Shown here: in pieces, positions 61,127 through 64,000 of the stretch
Layout of the letters: each line of letters opens with the position of its first letter
Position numbering within the stretch: position 1 is the stretch's first letter
Origin: a virus
Reading direction: 5' to 3' (one strand)
Virus record (IMG/VR): IMGVR_UViG_3300031707_000010
Location: 5,175 to 69,174 of that record
DNA: 64,000 nucleotides
The notes under the pieces: generated by a model
Seen by the model: the letters and a program-made list of their open reading frames with translations, nothing else
Databases searched by the model: none
What the model was told of the DNA's origin: nothing
Position numbers and translations under genes: made by a program

Positions 61127-61369
61127 CTATCTTTTTACGTTATATGCGAAATTAATGAAAAACATAATCAAAAGGGAAAAGAAAGATATATAGAAAAATC
61201 CTGCAATTAATTCACCTTTTGATATATCAAATTTGTCGATTATTGCAATCAAAGTATATACAGCAATAAAAAGGACAAATAAGAGAGAAAAAGCTAAAAA
61301 ACTATCTTTTGACGTTTTCATGATTTTGTCTTTCTTTGTTGTATATGGCGTATTGAATTGCGTTTTCAT
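61127..61369 (-). CDS. Small two-TM membrane protein
   Basis: Two hydrophobic helices; alternative start MKTSKDS at 61321. Confidence 0.6.
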   Translation of the reverse strand: MKTQFNTPYTTKKDKIMKTSKDSFLAFSLLFVLFIAVYTLIAIIDKFDISKGELIAGFFYISFFSLLIMFFINFAYNVKR

Positions 61370-61383
61370 TTGTTTTTATTTTA

Positions 61384-61411
61384 AATATAACACTAAAAAA
61401 GCATTTGTCAA
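61384..61411 (-). promoter_or_regulatory. sigma70-like promoter
   Basis: TTGACA-16 nt-TATATT with TG extension. Confidence 0.65.
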
Positions 61412-61635
61412 TAGGCAAAAGCTAAAATATAAAAAATAAATATAAGACAAAAAATGATTTTTGGCATACCTTTTGACGTTCTCTCCCCACAAAAATCATG
61501 CCAAAATATAAAAATAAAAAATATTTATTTTTGATAAAAAATGATTTTTGGCACACTTTTTGATTTTGTAATTTTTACAAAAACTTGGTACAGTTTTTGT
61601 GTTTTGAAAAATCTACAACTCGACACCGGAAGACT

Positions 61636-61735
61636 GCGGCAGTATCTTGCTAGTATCCCTCCGGTATCCCGCCACTATCTACGCCGATAAGTTCGGCAGT
61701 ATCCTGCCAGTATCCTGCCAGTATCCCTCTGCTAT
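61636..61735 (+). repeat. 11-bp-period degenerate repeat (CAGTATCCTGC)
   Basis: cagtatcttgc tagtatccctc cggtatcccgc cactatctacg ... cagtatcctgc cagtatcctgc cagtatccctc. Confidence 0.75.
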
Positions 61736-61760
61736 AGCACTCATAAATAGATGCAACAAA

Positions 61761-61803
61761 AATTAAAACGGTTAAACAAATTTAATGTTTAACCGTTTTA
61801 ATT
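61761..61803. terminator. 18-bp perfect inverted repeat (terminator or cruciform)
   Basis: aattaaaacggttaaaca-aatttaa-tgtttaaccgttttaatt just downstream of 61809..62348. Confidence 0.65.
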
Positions 61804-61808
61804 AAATT

Positions 61809-62348
61809 TTAATAATCACAACCTATAAATTCCCTATCATTTATTGTATCAACAAATGCAAATTGAAAATTTATTGGAGCTATTTTTTCAAATGTTTTCA
61901 ATCTATGAATTGCCAGATAAACGTCTTTTGTTTCACCTTCAAAATCAATATCCCTATCACCCCCGTTTAAATTCATACCGCTACCTTGTTTTTTCAATCC
62001 TATAATACTCTCAAGTAAATTGTCAATTTCAGAAAAATGAAAATTATAATAATCGGCATTATATGAAATTTTTATTTCAGCACGTTCAATTTCTCCAACA
62101 AATGTAAAATTATCTTCAATACGATTAATTCTTACAAATGTTGGTTTTTCCCCTGTTGAATCAATAACGATTTCTTTATAATGTATATCATGATGTTCTT
62201 CAAGATGCTCAAAAAAACTTTCACATTGTATGCCTACAAATGCAGGTTTGTTATCAATAACTTCAGAAATATCATTTTCTAAAGTTATGAACGTCATACA
62301 ATAGTTGCAACGAAAATTGAAAACGCGACGATATTTTGAAGTTTCCAT
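61809..62348 (-). CDS. Hypothetical protein with CxxC...C...H...H motif
   Basis: RBS GGTGAGGG before ATG 62348; CNYC, HLEEHH. Confidence 0.65.
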   Translation of the reverse strand: METSKYRRVFNFRCNYCMTFITLENDISEVIDNKPAFVGIQCESFFEHLEEHHDIHYKEIVIDSTGEKPTFVRINRIEDNFTFVGEIERAEIKISYNADYYNFHFSEIDNLLESIIGLKKQGSGMNLNGGDRDIDFEGETKDVYLAIHRLKTFEKIAPINFQFAFVDTINDREFIGCDY

Positions 62349-62401
62349 TTTGCCCTCACCTTTTGAATTGAACATTGTGAATTAAAAAACTTTTTATTTT
62401 T

Positions 62402-62430
62402 AATATAACACAATGAAATCACCGAGTCAA
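62402..62430 (-). promoter_or_regulatory. sigma70-like promoter
   Basis: TTGACT-17 nt-TATATT with TG extension. Confidence 0.7.
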
Positions 62431-62756
62431 TAGTCAATGCGGCACTAGAGGGAATAGAGTAGGCAGATGGGTGGCATTGCGGAACACTTCGGAAGAAGAA
62501 ACGCCGAATCATGCGGAGTACCAACAAAGAAGGCGACTAGAACTTAGCCGCCAGTATCTTGCCGTCCAACCCCCGGTATCTTATCGGAAAAGTTCGGCAG
62601 TATCCTGCTGCTATCCCTCCAGAATGGCGGATAGAAAACTCGGACTCATTCGGAAAAAGATTTGTGGAAAAATTTCTTTTCGTAGGTGGCCGGCAGTATC
62701 TTGCCTTTATAACTCGTGGGTATCTTGCCTCATGTCCTAGGCAGTATCTTCAAACC

Positions 62757-62912
62757 CTAGTTGGGCAGGATGTAGAAGATAAAACCGTTATTTGTTACGA
62801 GACCAATACTCATGAGCTGCAAGAATCTTTCGTACATTTCTGCGTTGTGAACTGCGATGGCTTTAGATACCACACCATCGAGACATAGAGTTGTGCTCTT
62901 AAGAGTAAGCAT
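62757..62912 (-). CDS. Hypothetical 51-aa protein
   Basis: Manual translation MLTLKSTTLCLDGVV...FYILPN; leader AGTGAGGGCCACAATG. Confidence 0.55.
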   Translation of the reverse strand: MLTLKSTTLCLDGVVSKAIAVHNAEMYERFLQLMSIGLVTNNGFIFYILPN

Positions 62913-62927
62913 TGTGGCCCTCACTTG

Positions 62928-63095
62928 TTAATCATCAGATTCATCAGCATCAGGATTAGGGCATGAGTTAGCCCTTTGAGATACGACTTCATCATGAAAC
63001 TCATTCGCACAAGGCACATGATACAGATTATCATGTACTTTCACGCAGTGGCCTGTGATTACTTCATCGCACCAAGGACATTTTACTGTATTCAT
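62928..63095 (-). CDS. 55-aa LIM-like zinc finger protein
   Basis: CPWC...I.G..V......YHVPC; same leader AGTGAGGGCCACAATG; ATG 63095 preferred over 63275. Confidence 0.6.
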   Translation of the reverse strand: MNTVKCPWCDEVITGHCVKVHDNLYHVPCANEFHDEVVSQRANSCPNPDADESDD

Positions 63096-63119
63096 TGTGG
63101 CCCTCACTATTGTTACTAT

Positions 63120-63148
63120 AATATACAAAATTCCAAACAAAGATGCAA
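63120..63148 (-). promoter_or_regulatory. sigma70-like promoter
   Basis: TTGCAT-17 nt-TATATT. Confidence 0.65.
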
Positions 63149-64000
63149 TGAGTCGTGAAAATATATTTACGACATAGAAAGATATGGCACCCTCCGACAC
63201 CATCCGATACTCTAAACGCGTAGCACGAGTCAATATTGCATCTAAACCACTATCTTGTAGAAATTCCGAATGCATCGGAGTGCCTGTGTCTGATTTCTAT
63301 CTCAAACCAGTGGTCAACGAAGGCGCCATGGTATCTGCCACCTAAACTTCCGATTTTACCCCAGTATCTTTAGAAATAACCTCCGGTGCACAACTGACTA
63401 TCTTATACGTATCAAATGACTGTTTATCCTCAATTTTGCTGTACTTGCTGTAACGGAGGTTGAATGGCAGTATGGTTTGTGTATGTATGTGTCAACCAAT
63501 CACGGAAGTGCAGGCAATGTGTATAGGTGTGAGTAATACAATTTCACATCCGAAGTCATCCGATGTATTTCTTTATACACCTGTAAGGAGAGCCTTGTAA
63601 TCTTATATAGGGGGTAGAGACTGGAATAGGATAATTTAGTGGCAATGTAGAGGAGGTACGGAGCATCCGCTATCTACAAATTCTTATCTGGTTTCTAAAT
63701 AATGGCAGTTAAACTCCAAAAACACCTTTAAAATAGGCAAATAGTTCTTAACTTCGTAAACCGGCATATTTATTATGTCTTCATCTTATTCCTAAGTGCC
63801 TTTAACATAGACGGAAGTGCTGTTATACAACCTATTATAACGAATAAGAATACATATATGATGCTTGCTGGTATAACGATGATTAGTGCGAGTGCTTGTC
63901 TTATCTTACGTACCATCTATCATCGTCTCCTACTGTATATGACTCCACTATGATCTTATTCGTAGGTCTATTCAAATGACCCTGTAGGTCTGTCCATATT

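Noticed and set aside
62471-62888. Plus-strand ORFs with repeated RQY / AVS motifs
   Set aside because: Translations of the CAGTATC DNA repeat; no RBS, and they oppose the local transcription direction
63150-64000. tRNA or other RNA gene in the non-coding right end
   Set aside because: No cloverleaf or T-loop consensus found by eye; tRNAscan/Infernal would be needed to exclude fully

Overview
About 64 kb of an AT-rich tailed dsDNA phage genome, siphovirus-like (tail tube, ~1500-aa tape measure, no sheath). From ~59.9 kb down to 10.1 kb the minus strand carries one long morphogenesis block: small terminase, large terminase split into ATPase and nuclease genes, portal, protease/scaffold, capsid cement, Mu-gpT-like major capsid, exported fibre-like proteins, lysis genes, two very long 21-aa Thr/Ser-repeat proteins with glycosyltransferases between them, head-tail joining genes, tail tube, duplicated chaperones, tape measure, and Dit/tail-tip genes. 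The plus strand at 1.6-10 kb has an 8-gene glycosyltransferase/methyltransferase/epimerase cluster, an SbcC/Rad50-like ATPase and a Holliday-junction-resolvase-like nuclease. A Ski2/Hel308-like helicase runs off the left edge. The right ~4 kb holds small promoter-ORF-terminator cassettes separated by oriented CAGTATC repeat spacers. Most striking observation: fibre-like proteins encoded just after the major capsid gene carry Sec signal peptides (mostly cleaved before Gln) and many D-(S/T)-hydrophobic sequons of the Bacteroidota-type periplasmic O-glycosylation system. This suggests the phage exports virion-type proteins to be glycosylated by the host, alongside its own cytoplasmic glycosyltransferases. 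Host is inferred to be FCB-group (Ignavibacteriota/Chlorobiota-like). All calls are from motif reading by eye; no database search was run.
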